64,000 nt of DNA from contig CBDIID010000003.1 in NCBI GenBank assembly GCA_965279515.1, positions 416,001 through 480,000 on the forward strand. The letters run 5' to 3'. The position numbers and the translations under genes were made by a program. This DNA comes from Turneriella sp. Lineage in GTDB: Bacteria > Spirochaetota > Leptospiria > Turneriellales > Turneriellaceae. Within the stretch, counting starts at the first letter, position 1, and each line of letters opens with the position of its first letter. A model generated the notes under the pieces. The model worked only from the letters and a program-made list of their open reading frames with translations. It was not told the DNA's origin and did not search any database. Below, piece by piece: positions 19,480 to 29,276 of this stretch.

Positions 19480-21160
19480 GCGGATGTTTCCCTGAGCCTT
19501 TCCAGAAATCAAAAAAATTAAACCATTGGTATGGATAGGCAAGCGCATATTTTTCAAGGCGCCTGGCGAATTCCCGGGTTGCTGCCTCGATGGTCCTGGC
19601 GCGTTCTTTTCTCGGCGATTTCAATGTCTTGGCCAGCTTTTCAAAATAAATTTCATAGATGGAATCGTTTCTCAGGCAAAACATTGTATATACAGGGCAT
19701 TCAAGCAGACTGGCTAGCACAAAGGGCCCCTGGGGGAATGGAGCTTTCTGCCCCAAAAAATCCACATCACTGACGCGTAAAATTGAACCGACACTGGTTC
19801 GGTCAGACAGCGCTACAACCAGTTCACCCTCAGCTATCTTATTCTGCAGGTAAATAATGGTATCCGGCATCATCTCTTCGGCCTGGATTAACTCCAGCGT
19901 CACATTCGGGTTAATCTTACGCAGCAGGCTGTTAAAATTGGCCGCATGCCGGGTCACGACCAGCACATTCAATTTAACTTCCGGGACATCTGCGGCCAAT
20001 GCTCTTAGCATTTCGAGGTTACCGAGGTGCGCCCCGAGAATGACGCCGCCGCTCTTGCTCTTGGCGAGATTTACGAAATCCTGGCGGTTGGGCCAATGGA
20101 TGTGTCCGTGATGGAGCTTTCCCATCCAGGCTGAGATCTTATCGAGGGAACTCCGCCCGAATTCCAGAAAATGTGCAAAGCTCTGGAGCAATCCTGGTTT
20201 TTTGGTAAGCGCGCCACCCCGCTCACGGTATTCATAGACACGTGCAAGAAAAAAGCGCGATGCATTTCTGGCCTCCCGGCCGGTAATGAAAAAATATATT
20301 ATAACGGGATACAAAATCAGGAAAAATACCGGCCGCCCGAAAACCCTGTAGATAAAAACCAGAAAACGGATGCCCAGGGAAGATCCCCGCTCGTCCATCG
20401 TCGACCAATGTTGTGGTTTCTGTTGGCGGAACTTACGCCACAGCAGCGCCGGCAGGCGCAGCAACATGGCAAAAAATAAACGCGTATGCGCGCGCGAAAT
20501 CAGGAGATTATCCTGCAAAGCCCTGAAATGCGACGTGCCGCCCTTAGGATAGATTACCTGGGTCGGCAAAGGGATCATCTGCACACCCTTCCAGTACAGC
20601 CGCACGAGAATCTCGATATCAAAATCCATACGGTCACCCAGCTTGCGGCCTTCCAACAAAGGCATGATCTCTTTAAGGCGATACAGACGAAATCCGCACA
20701 TCGCGTCTTTTATGTGAAATGAAAGCGTTTCAACCCACACCCAGAATCTGGTGACGTAGCGACCATACAGCCTGCTTTTCGGGATGGAAGCATCGAATAC
20801 CGGTTCCCCGACGACCATAGCATCCGGGTTCTGTTTTAACGTCTCCAGAAATCGTGCGATGTCCCGTGAATCGTGCTGGCCGTCGGCATCGATTTGCAGC
20901 ACATGCGTATAACCAGCTTTAAATGCCGCCCTGAACCCGTCTTTTACTGCGGCACCTTTGCCGCCATTTGCCGGGCGATGCACAATAGTGACCCATTTTT
21001 CGCGTTTAGCAATCTTGCTGAGAGCCTCGACCGTCACATCATTGCTTCCGTCGTTGACGACAATACAGGGGAGGTTGAACGATTTTATCGCGGCAATTGT
21101 ATGGAAGATCTCGTTCGTATGATTGTAGATCGGAATCACAATGCAAAGTTTCTGATTCAT
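19472..21160 (-). CDS. Fused GT2 glycosyltransferase / LpxL-like acyltransferase (ApeJ-like)
   Basis: N-terminal VIPIYN, NDGS, DADGQH; C-terminal GAHLGNLE, PYQWFNFFDFW. Confidence 0.88.
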   Translation of the reverse strand: MNQKLCIVIPIYNHTNEIFHTIAAIKSFNLPCIVVNDGSNDVTVEALSKIAKREKWVTIVHRPANGGKGAAVKDGFRAAFKAGYTHVLQIDADGQHDSRDIARFLETLKQNPDAMVVGEPVFDASIPKSRLYGRYVTRFWVWVETLSFHIKDAMCGFRLYRLKEIMPLLEGRKLGDRMDFDIEILVRLYWKGVQMIPLPTQVIYPKGGTSHFRALQDNLLISRAHTRLFFAMLLRLPALLWRKFRQQKPQHWSTMDERGSSLGIRFLVFIYRVFGRPVFFLILYPVIIYFFITGREARNASRFFLARVYEYRERGGALTKKPGLLQSFAHFLEFGRSSLDKISAWMGKLHHGHIHWPNRQDFVNLAKSKSGGVILGAHLGNLEMLRALAADVPEVKLNVLVVTRHAANFNSLLRKINPNVTLELIQAEEMMPDTIIYLQNKIAEGELVVALSDRTSVGSILRVSDVDFLGQKAPFPQGPFVLASLLECPVYTMFCLRNDSIYEIYFEKLAKTLKSPRKERARTIEAATREFARRLEKYALAYPYQWFNFFDFWKGSGKHPHE

Positions 21161-22890
21161 TGGAAAATTATCGCGCCCCCTGAATATTTTACGTTTTCAG
21201 AAGAATACTGAAAGCCTAAGCGCTTCCCGGCCGGCTCATACGTAAGCTCAAGCTCAAGAAGCTGCGCCGGGTAAATGACTCTCTGGAATTTCAATCCCTT
21301 TACGCGGCGGACTGGCTCAGCAATCATAAAATACTGCGATGCAAATTGCACAGCCCAGTTTATCTGAACGATGCCGGGTAAAACCGGCAGGTCGGGAAAA
21401 TGGCCTTCAAAATAACCGAGATCGCGCGGCACGCGTAACTGTGCTGCAATATGGAGATCATCACGGGTCAGTGAAATGACATGCGGTTGCAGAACCTCGC
21501 CGCTGAAGACCGGCTTAAACCATGTTTTCAGCGCAACCGCATTCCGCTTTCCCTGGCTATTCAATTCAATCTTATCTACATAACGCCACTTTTTGGGTAA
21601 AACCACAGCGTCGAGATAACCGGACAGAAAATCCCGGATTTTCTCATTCATGCCCTTCGCGCCGATACGATCCAGCTCCAGTTTTCCTTCAGTGGATAAC
21701 ACCACGGCACAAACAATCTGGCGGCGTTTTAAGTTAACGCTGTCAATCACCAGGGCCGCGCAATCTTCGATTAAAGGCAACTTGCAGACCAGTTGTTCAA
21801 TTTCAAGCAGCGAGACCCGCTTTTCCTGAATCTTTACCACTGAATCTGCGCGCCCCAAAAGCTCAAAGCTGCGGGACTCCCCAAGGCGGACGAGATCGTC
21901 GGTTCTATGCCAGTCAGTGGTCGTAAGGTAGGGCGATTTGATGAGTAAGCGCCCTGAATCATCCTGGGAAATTTCAATCTTCGAAAACGGTTGCCAACTT
22001 CCATCAATAGCCGGACTCCTGAAGGCAATGCCACCGGTCTCCGTTGACCCGTACACCTCTGCCAGAATGTGTGGTTCGCCCCCGCCGATGAATGCGGCGG
22101 TGCTCTTATCAAGCACACCGCCCGATGAAAAAACGCGGGAGAAAAACCGGCTAAGTGCCCTGAGCCGATCTTCGGGCAATGCCCGCAGAAATGCCGGCGA
22201 AGAAACCAATATGGCTTTTCCACCTCCATCTGATGGCGGAGAAAACTCTTCCGGGTAGCGAATGATTTGGCGGCGAAAAGCTCTTCCCGCTGCTAATGGC
22301 CAAAGCACCGAAAACAACAAGCCATAAATGTGTTGGTGATGCACGGTTGAAACAACCGGGGATGCCCCCAGAAACCCGCCCCAGTTGTTTTCCAATTCCG
22401 CAATTTCCGTCTCCAGCTGGCCCAGGGTTTTAAGGACGCGCTTGGGTTCACCTTCAGACCCGGATGTAAAAAGTTCTATTCCGCATTTTGCGGCATTAAG
22501 TACGGAAAATTTTCCGACTGGCCCTGCCTGGCCCGGCCAGCTTTGAACCGGAATATGCGAGAGTTTTGTTTCATTGGAAAAATCGCTGATTATGGCGTCT
22601 GCATACTTCTCCATACCCATCAGGGTGTTGCGTTGCTTATTCGGAGGTAAAAGAATTATTTTCCCTGCATGGCATAACGCAAAAAAACACACGGAAAATG
22701 TATATGCATCGTCGCAAGAAAGCACCCAGCGCTGGGCGGTTTGTCGCTCCAGCACCTGCGATAACTTCCAGACTTCTGATTTAAACCCGCTCCAACGGAC
22801 AGCTTCCTGCTCATCGAAGGCCACGACAGATTCGTCAGCTTCCCGCTCAGCCAGCATCCGGCTCAGCAATTGAAAATGTGAGTTTTTCAT
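21157..22890 (-). CDS. Acyl-ACP/CoA synthetase fused to a C-terminal hotdog dehydratase (ApeH-ApeI fusion)
   Basis: FTSGSEGEPK, HIYGLLF, YGSTETGG, GRAD; C-terminal YFEGHFPDLPVLPGIVQ. Confidence 0.85.
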   Translation of the reverse strand: MKNSHFQLLSRMLAEREADESVVAFDEQEAVRWSGFKSEVWKLSQVLERQTAQRWVLSCDDAYTFSVCFFALCHAGKIILLPPNKQRNTLMGMEKYADAIISDFSNETKLSHIPVQSWPGQAGPVGKFSVLNAAKCGIELFTSGSEGEPKRVLKTLGQLETEIAELENNWGGFLGASPVVSTVHHQHIYGLLFSVLWPLAAGRAFRRQIIRYPEEFSPPSDGGGKAILVSSPAFLRALPEDRLRALSRFFSRVFSSGGVLDKSTAAFIGGGEPHILAEVYGSTETGGIAFRSPAIDGSWQPFSKIEISQDDSGRLLIKSPYLTTTDWHRTDDLVRLGESRSFELLGRADSVVKIQEKRVSLLEIEQLVCKLPLIEDCAALVIDSVNLKRRQIVCAVVLSTEGKLELDRIGAKGMNEKIRDFLSGYLDAVVLPKKWRYVDKIELNSQGKRNAVALKTWFKPVFSGEVLQPHVISLTRDDLHIAAQLRVPRDLGYFEGHFPDLPVLPGIVQINWAVQFASQYFMIAEPVRRVKGLKFQRVIYPAQLLELELTYEPAGKRLGFQYSSENVKYSGGAIIFQ

Positions 22891-22901
22891 CCTGGTAAAT
22901 G

Positions 22902-23471
22902 TTAGTTGGCTGCCGGTCTCTTAGGGCGGACGGCAAACTCAACCGCAAATATTAATCCCATAAAAATATAACTGATGAACCCGTTGTAGAGCGTCCAGAT
23001 CTCCAGCGATGTAAAAAAGACTGTGTATAGGGCCACCAGGCCGTTCATAACAAAAAAAGCCATCCAGACTTTTGTGACCTTTCGCGTATACCTCTGGCCG
23101 CTCTCCGGTAAATCCGGATAACTCAGCCTTGCAATCCGCTCAATCATCGACGGCGGCCTGAGCAGCGTGTAAAAGAAAAGCCCTAAAAGAGTGACGTTAA
23201 TCAATACGGGAATTGCTCTCAGGTAAAGCGGATCATTCGAAATCAAGGTTAAGACGACGATCACCAAAACAGCTAAAAAGACCGGAACAAGCTGTTGCAG
23301 ATTTTTTTTCCGCAGCGAGAGCGTCAGCAACAGACGCAAGGCGAAAACCGCGAGAATCATGAGGCCGACAGATTTAGGCTGCAATGTCTTCAAACCGAAA
23401 TAAACAGCAGGGGGATACGCGACAATCGTAATACCAATGAGAATAGTCAACGCTGTGCGCAGCAGGCGCAC
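22902..23471 (-). CDS. Membrane protein (ApeG/COG4648-like)
   Basis: Multiple TM helices; PSMIERIARL, YTRKVTKVW, WTLYNGFISY. Confidence 0.8.
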   Translation of the reverse strand: MRLLRTALTILIGITIVAYPPAVYFGLKTLQPKSVGLMILAVFALRLLLTLSLRKKNLQQLVPVFLAVLVIVVLTLISNDPLYLRAIPVLINVTLLGLFFYTLLRPPSMIERIARLSYPDLPESGQRYTRKVTKVWMAFFVMNGLVALYTVFFTSLEIWTLYNGFISYIFMGLIFAVEFAVRPKRPAAN

Positions 23472-23474
23472 GAT

Positions 23475-23738
23475 TTAAAGTCCGTGTATGACTTTATACG
23501 CAGCTTCAACCATGTCGTCAACGGTTCTGACGGTCTTAAAGTCTTCGGGCTTTACTTTCTTTCCGGTTTTTTTCTGCAGAAAGATTAACACATCCACGGC
23601 ATCGATACTGTCCAGATCAAGATCATTGTAGATATGGGCAGCCGGTACGACATGTTTTGCATTTAGTTCGAAACGATCGACCAGCAAATTTTTTATTTCC
23701 TGAAATAATTCGTCTTTGGAGGCAATTTCTGCATTCAT
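23475..23738 (-). CDS. Acyl carrier protein (ApeF-like)
   Basis: DLDLDSIDAVD phosphopantetheine site; FKTVRTV. Confidence 0.9.
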   Translation of the reverse strand: MNAEIASKDELFQEIKNLLVDRFELNAKHVVPAAHIYNDLDLDSIDAVDVLIFLQKKTGKKVKPEDFKTVRTVDDMVEAAYKVIHGL

Positions 23739-24019
23739 ACGTGGCTCGGTTCCTGATGAGACTTTTGCTGGCTTTCAATGAACAAAACCAGACTCTTGAC
23801 AGAGGCAAAGTGCTCTTTGTTTTCCTTCGATTTTGCGTTTATTTTAATATTATATTTTTTTGAAATGCGCAGGCCAAGCTCAAGGGCGTCGACGGAATCG
23901 AGCCCGAGGCCTTTACCGAAAAGCGGCGCTTCGCTGTCGATATCGGCGGGCTTGACATCTTCGAGATCGAGTGCACTGACGATAAGTTCTTTCAATTCCA
24001 GATCAAGCTTTTGATTCAT
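23735..24019 (-). CDS. Acyl carrier protein (ApeE-like)
   Basis: PLFGKGLGLDSVDALELG. Confidence 0.9.
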   Translation of the reverse strand: MNQKLDLELKELIVSALDLEDVKPADIDSEAPLFGKGLGLDSVDALELGLRISKKYNIKINAKSKENKEHFASVKSLVLFIESQQKSHQEPSHV

Positions 24020-24788
24020 ATTCTTCCTGAGCTTTTAAAAAATAAGCTTCGAAATACTCGGTAAGGCGACGCGGCCCATTGTCACTATATTGTAAAAATG
24101 CATCTACCTGAAAAGCATCTTTCACAATGACAGTCAGCGTCGCCGGCACCTCGGGAACCTGATACCATTTTTTATCTTTCGTCAGCGTCGATGGCCGCAT
24201 GTCGATGAAAATCGGCTGTACCTTCCGCGAACTCAGTAAGGCAATGCGGGCAGCCCCGCGCTGAAAATGCCGGGGTTTGCCTGGCGTTGTTCTCGTTCCT
24301 TCGGGAAAGAGAATCAGATTATTCCCGGCCTGTATGCGCGCAGCGCACTCGTCTATCAGCGAATGGGGATCATCACTTTTAATGAATCCTGCGGCCCGCA
24401 CAACTCCACCCCAAAAGAAATGGTGGTACGCTCCTGGTTTAACAATACAATCTGCCGTTCGCAGAACTGACATGATGGCAACGACGTCGATCAGTGATGG
24501 ATGGTTCGCTATAATTAACTGGCCTTTGGCCGAGCGCAACTTCTCCCGGCCGATAATTCTAACGCGCATGGCACCCACGCAGCGCATGAATGTTATGAAA
24601 AACTTAAAGGCGATATGCAGATTATACTGAATCAGTTTTTTGCGCCGTTCTTTTCCGATCGGAAGAATCCGGTAAAGAGGGAAAACAAAGAAAAACAACA
24701 CCAGGGCTCCGGAACCAAAGACAAGGAACGATAAACCTGTGCCGCCCACGCGCACCCAGTACGCAAGGGATTTAAGCATTTTTCTCAA
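24003..24788 (-). CDS. PlsC-like lysophospholipid acyltransferase (ApeD-like)
   Basis: ANHPSLID (HX4D) and FPEGTRT. Confidence 0.9.
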   Translation of the reverse strand: MRKMLKSLAYWVRVGGTGLSFLVFGSGALVLFFFVFPLYRILPIGKERRKKLIQYNLHIAFKFFITFMRCVGAMRVRIIGREKLRSAKGQLIIANHPSLIDVVAIMSVLRTADCIVKPGAYHHFFWGGVVRAAGFIKSDDPHSLIDECAARIQAGNNLILFPEGTRTTPGKPRHFQRGAARIALLSSRKVQPIFIDMRPSTLTKDKKWYQVPEVPATLTVIVKDAFQVDAFLQYSDNGPRRLTEYFEAYFLKAQEEYESKA

Positions 24789-25488
24789 ACTGACACCGTA
24801 GCCGGTTGCTGCCTACAGAAATTTGGCGGTCTGAAGAAAGCAACCAGCGCACAAATCCAATTATATCGTTGTTCTCAGGGTATGTCTTTTTCTCAGGGGA
24901 AATCCGCGCGCTGACCTGCATGCCGGAATCTTTACTGATGAGCAGTGCCAATGCCAAATCGACGGCGTCGGGCGAATCAAAGCCTTGATATTCTTCCGGT
25001 AATATGCGGTCGGCGAAAATGAGAAGCACCTCGGGGTAATCCTCATCGAGAAACCCCAGCGCTTCGACGAGGCCGGCAACGAAAGTATCCTCACCGGCAG
25101 CCACGGCGGTCGAAGGCGCAGTGCTGCCCGTGAACATCGAATAAAGCCCGATGCCTGCATTATGCACCGACAAACCAAAAGACATCGGAGATATTTCTTC
25201 ACCTGCGTTTACAAGGTGAAGGAGCTCCACGGCGCGGTGAATTTCTCCGTGCCGTGAAGCCAGTACAGTACGCACGTCTCTCTGCGGAGCGCATTGCTGC
25301 CCCGCAGCAAATAATAACCGGGTCAGAGTGCTCATCCGCCGCCTCATGTTTGCCGGCACGAAACCGACATCTGGCTCTGCCGGATCGCTTGAGAGCGTGA
25401 CTTCACCCCTGCCCCACTTTGTCCATTCATCTCTGGAGGTTAGGCCCGGGGCGATGGCCGCCCATTCCTGAATATAAAAATCAAACAA
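24772..25488 (-). CDS. Ketosynthase chain-length factor (ApeC-like)
   Basis: PANMRRRMS, ASRHGE, SPMSFGLSVHNA; KS N-terminal-like with no catalytic Cys. Confidence 0.85.
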   Translation of the reverse strand: MFDFYIQEWAAIAPGLTSRDEWTKWGRGEVTLSSDPAEPDVGFVPANMRRRMSTLTRLLFAAGQQCAPQRDVRTVLASRHGEIHRAVELLHLVNAGEEISPMSFGLSVHNAGIGLYSMFTGSTAPSTAVAAGEDTFVAGLVEALGFLDEDYPEVLLIFADRILPEEYQGFDSPDAVDLALALLISKDSGMQVSARISPEKKTYPENNDIIGFVRWLLSSDRQISVGSNRLRCQFEKNA

Positions 25489-25517
25489 TCAGATTACCGC
25501 GCCGGTAAAGGCAAACG

Positions 25518-25904
25518 TCACTGGCAACGTCGAATATCGTTAAACAACTTGTCTTCGATCCACGTAAAGTACTTACGGTGGATGTGTTCGCCGTCATACT
25601 TCATGTCGGCGCTGTCGACATAGTCAACGGTAATACCATCCCTTAAGACATTAAATTGTACGCGAACCATGTGTGAACGAACTCTCAGCTCGCCGATATG
25701 TACATCCGGAGACTGTTGCGTCAGCGACCAACCTTCGCTTTTAGTGATCGCTTTTTTTAAACATTCCGTCAGCTTCGCGGGGGTGCTTTCTGCGGGTAGC
25801 GGTGCCCTATAAACCATCTGCCGCATCGGCTTCGTCGTAAAACTACTACAAGCAGAAACCAGCAGAACACAACACATCAGTACATTTCTCATATTACCAG
25901 CCAT
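25518..25904 (-). CDS. Small lipoprotein of unknown function at the head of the ape operon
   Basis: Lipobox LVSAC; IHRKYFTWI C-terminal motif; GGAG Shine-Dalgarno upstream. Confidence 0.65.
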   Translation of the reverse strand: MAGNMRNVLMCCVLLVSACSSFTTKPMRQMVYRAPLPAESTPAKLTECLKKAITKSEGWSLTQQSPDVHIGELRVRSHMVRVQFNVLRDGITVDYVDSADMKYDGEHIHRKYFTWIEDKLFNDIRRCQ

Positions 25905-26122
25905 TTATTATCTCCTGTTATAAGCATTGCGCTTCGGGTGCCTAAAATTGACGTCCACTATGAAATGTGAAGCAGTAACGTAAATTTTATTCCACGTCAA
26001 TGCCTGAGATTTTGAAAAAACGGATGGCAGCTGATTCGTTTTTCTGCTTGTCGTCTAAGCGCATTTGAGATTGGTAGCCGGTTCAAAGCCTTTTGGCATC
26101 ACATCATTTCGAAGGAGATCTA

Positions 26123-26722
26123 ATGAAAAAAAGCACACCCCTAAAAACTCAAATAATCTGCAGTATTTTGATACTCGGAATATTAAATGCCTGCAGCACA
26201 AACGCAAAAATACTCAAGTCCGACAATACGCATGTCACGGGCAAAATTGTCCGCGCTGATGCACAAAATGTTCATATGGAGCAATTTGGCCGTGAGGTCA
26301 CGGTGAAAAGATCTGAGATTCTCGAAGTCTCGCATCCTGGTAAACCCCTGATGTGGGTGGGCGGAGGTACTTTTGCTGGCGGGGCCACGATGGCCATAGC
26401 AGGGGCCATATTGATGTCTACGAACTCATCCGCGACGACTAATTCCGGGTATGGTGTAACGACCACAACGAATTGGAACACTCTGGGCACCGTTTATATT
26501 GTTTCCGGGAGTATTTTAGGCGTTGCCGGAATCGTTCTCTTTTTCACCGGTTATTCACGATACACTACATCGAAAGACAATTTTCAGTCTGGCGGCGGCA
26601 TGACCTTGTGGTCACCGACTCCGGGTATATATCTCGGCTATCAGTCGATTATGCAAATGCCAGTATCTGCTGCCGTTGGTAGTGAAACCATCCACCAAGG
26701 CCGACTCAGCTTTCGCTTCTAG
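26123..26722 (+). CDS. Hypothetical lipoprotein with two internal hydrophobic helices
   Basis: AGGAG Shine-Dalgarno before ATG 26123; lipobox LNAC. Confidence 0.65.
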   Translation: MKKSTPLKTQIICSILILGILNACSTNAKILKSDNTHVTGKIVRADAQNVHMEQFGREVTVKRSEILEVSHPGKPLMWVGGGTFAGGATMAIAGAILMSTNSSATTNSGYGVTTTTNWNTLGTVYIVSGSILGVAGIVLFFTGYSRYTTSKDNFQSGGGMTLWSPTPGIYLGYQSIMQMPVSAAVGSETIHQGRLSFRF

Positions 26723-26729
26723 CTCGTAA

Positions 26730-26761
26730 TTCATAACCGCCTCTTTGGAGGCGGTTATGAA
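26730..26761. terminator. Perfect 14-bp hairpin between convergent genes (likely bidirectional terminator)
   Basis: TTCATAACCGCCTC-TTTG-GAGGCGGTTATGAA. Confidence 0.75.
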
Positions 26762-26762
26762 A

Positions 26763-27896
26763 CTACAAGATAGCGGCGAAAATTTCGCGGAAATTCTGCT
26801 CTGTGACGGGCACGGGGTTGCTCGGATGACAACCGTCGGCAATTGCCACTTTAACGAGCGCATCAATCTTATCCGCTGTGACGCCGGCCGCCTTGAGCGT
26901 CGCCGGTATCTTCAGCCGTTCTTTAAGAGCCTTGACCCACGGTAAAAAATCCGCACCCGATTTTAATCCCACCGCCTGCGCCAGCCGGTCGAAACGATCG
27001 GGCACCGCCTTGAAGTTGAAGGCAAGCGCGTGATCGAGCATGATGCCATTCGCGAGACCGTGGTGCATGTCGACGACAGCCGACAGCGCATGCGCGCAGG
27101 AGTGCACAATGCCGAGCCCTTTCTGGAACGCCACGGCGCCCATCATCGAGGCGGCCAGCATGTCGGCGCGCGCCGCGAGGTCGCCGCCCTTCTCGCACGC
27201 TACAGGAAGAGCCTTCGCAGAGAGATGCAAACCTTCAAGTGCGATACCCTCTGCCATGGGATGCCACCCCTTCGCCAAAAAGGCTTCGATCAAATGCGTC
27301 ATGGCATCCAGGCCCGTCGCCGCGGTAATATGCGCGGGTAAGGCAACCGTCAGCTCAGGGTCGGCAAAGACAGCCTTCGCGAGGAGGCGCGGCGAAAAAA
27401 TAACTTTTTTGACATGCGTAACTTCGTCGGCGACAACGGTGCTGCGCCCGACTTCAGAGCCCGTGCCTGCCGTCGTCGGGATGGCAATCCAGTAAGGGAT
27501 CTCTTTATCAAAAGGCAATGCGCCGGGCTTTTCATCTTCGTAATCGAAGATGTCGCCGGGATGATGCACCATCAGCGCAATCGCTTTAGCGACGTCGAGC
27601 GCAGCCCCGCCACCGATGCCCAGGATCGCATTGGCCCCGCTTTTTCTAAAGGCTTCAACGCCCGCAGTCACCTGGGATTTTACCGGATTCCCGCGCACGC
27701 CGCTGAATATTTCAACGGAGAGGTTTTTCTGAAGCTCGCCCGCATATTCGATGAAGAACGGGAGTTTTGCAAGACCTTCATCCGTGACGATCAGGATCTT
27801 TTCAAAGCCTTGCTGCGCGAGATGTTCACCCGCCTGGCGGCGTACACCCGCGCCGAATGTGATCGCAGTCGGAAAGCTAAAACGTGAAATACTCAT
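26763..27896 (-). CDS. Iron-containing alcohol dehydrogenase
   Basis: GIGGGAALD, IPTTAGTGSE, GLDAMTHLIEA, HSCAH, HHGLAN. Confidence 0.92.
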   Translation of the reverse strand: MSISRFSFPTAITFGAGVRRQAGEHLAQQGFEKILIVTDEGLAKLPFFIEYAGELQKNLSVEIFSGVRGNPVKSQVTAGVEAFRKSGANAILGIGGGAALDVAKAIALMVHHPGDIFDYEDEKPGALPFDKEIPYWIAIPTTAGTGSEVGRSTVVADEVTHVKKVIFSPRLLAKAVFADPELTVALPAHITAATGLDAMTHLIEAFLAKGWHPMAEGIALEGLHLSAKALPVACEKGGDLAARADMLAASMMGAVAFQKGLGIVHSCAHALSAVVDMHHGLANGIMLDHALAFNFKAVPDRFDRLAQAVGLKSGADFLPWVKALKERLKIPATLKAAGVTADKIDALVKVAIADGCHPSNPVPVTEQNFREIFAAIL

Positions 27897-27908
27897 ACCT
27901 TACCCCGA

Positions 27909-29276
27909 TTAAATAATTTCAAAATAACGCTTTGTCTCCCAATCGGTGACGGCATCCTGAAACTGGCGCCACTCCCATTCGCGGGTTTTCACAAAGTGTT
28001 CGATCAGTGCGTCGCCCAGAATCGTCCGGGCAATTTTTGAATCGGCGAGCTTACGCGTTGCATCGAGCAAATTATTCGGCAGACGCGGCACCTTGCTTTC
28101 TGCATAGGCACTGCCGATCACCGGCGCATCTTCGAGGGTGAGCTTTTGCTCGAGGCCATAAAGCCCGGCAGCAAGCGAGGCGGCCACTGACAGGTAGGGA
28201 TTTACATCTGAACCCGAAACACGCACTTCCAGCCGCGTCGATTTTTCAGAGCCCGGAATCACCCGGTGCGAAACGGTGCGGTTGTCGACACCCCAGGTGG
28301 GTTTGACCGGTGCCCAGTAGCCGTCGACGAGACGTTTATACGAATTTACCGTTGGGGCAAAAAATGGCAAAAGCTCGGGCAACAGTTTCAGCTGGCCTGC
28401 AAGATAACTCTTAAAGGCGGAGCTCATCTTGTTTTTATCTTTGGCATCGAAGAAGGCGTTTTCGCCGTTTTTTGTCCACAGCGACTGGTGCATGTGCCCC
28501 GAACAGCCCGGCAGGTTCTGGTGCCATTTCGCCATGAAGCTCGGCATGATGCCGAAACGCACCGCGATATCTTTCGCACCCGACTTGAAGAGCGTGGCGC
28601 GATCGGCGCTCTCCATGGCATCGCTGTAGAGAATCGCTGCCTCGTAGACGCCGGGGCCTGTCTCCGTATGTAATCCTTCTATTGGTACCCGAAATGCCGT
28701 GAGCTCGTCCATGAGTGCATTGAAATAATCTTTCTCTTGCCCGACACGGATCAGCGAGTAGCCGAACATACCTGGGGTTATGGGCTCAGGGCGGATGTAC
28801 CCTTTTTCGGATAAACTCTTCGCCGTCTCACGGAAATTAAACCACTCGAACTCCATGCCGTTCTTCGCGGTGAGCCCCATCGCTTCGGCCTTACCGAGCA
28901 CCCGCGCCAAAGTCTGCCGCGGGCAGATATCGAGGGGTTTCATATCGGATGAGACAAACCCACCCAGAAAAAACGGGATATTGTTATCCCAGGGAACAGT
29001 ACGCTCAGTCGCCGGGTCAAGCTGCACCAGCGCATCGGGATAACCCGAATGCCAGCCGGTATAGGTTATGTTATCATAACAGACGTCGCTGCTATCCCAG
29101 CCTAAGACGACGTTGCAGAAACCGAAGGTCGATTCTGCAGCAGATTTGAATTTATCGAAGTGCAGGTATTTGCCGCGCAGCACGCCGTCGATGTCGGCAA
29201 CCGCGACCTTCACCTTTTTGATGCCGCCTTTTTCCAGGCGTTCTAAAATCTTCTTAAAGTCCGGCGTGCCTTCCAT
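27909..29276 (-). CDS. Glutamine synthetase-like gamma-glutamyl-amine ligase
   Basis: DIDGVLRGK, EFEW, HTETGPG, GCSGHMHQSL, NSYKR, WGVDNRT, RLEVR; start placed at MEGTPDF. Confidence 0.9.
   Translation of the reverse strand: MEGTPDFKKILERLEKGGIKKVKVAVADIDGVLRGKYLHFDKFKSAAESTFGFCNVVLGWDSSDVCYDNITYTGWHSGYPDALVQLDPATERTVPWDNNIPFFLGGFVSSDMKPLDICPRQTLARVLGKAEAMGLTAKNGMEFEWFNFRETAKSLSEKGYIRPEPITPGMFGYSLIRVGQEKDYFNALMDELTAFRVPIEGLHTETGPGVYEAAILYSDAMESADRATLFKSGAKDIAVRFGIMPSFMAKWHQNLPGCSGHMHQSLWTKNGENAFFDAKDKNKMSSAFKSYLAGQLKLLPELLPFFAPTVNSYKRLVDGYWAPVKPTWGVDNRTVSHRVIPGSEKSTRLEVRVSGSDVNPYLSVAASLAAGLYGLEQKLTLEDAPVIGSAYAESKVPRLPNNLLDATRKLADSKIARTILGDALIEHFVKTREWEWRQFQDAVTDWETKRYFEII

Noticed and set aside
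25947..26001. Inverted ATTGACGT...ACGTCAAT upstream of the ape operon
   Set aside because: More simply two opposed -35-like TTGACG hexamers; no convincing -10 elements or operator evidence
27909..29276. Calling the ligase glnA
   Set aside because: The permease/ADH/hydrolase context points to a GS-like glutamylase; true GS activity cannot be supported from sequence alone
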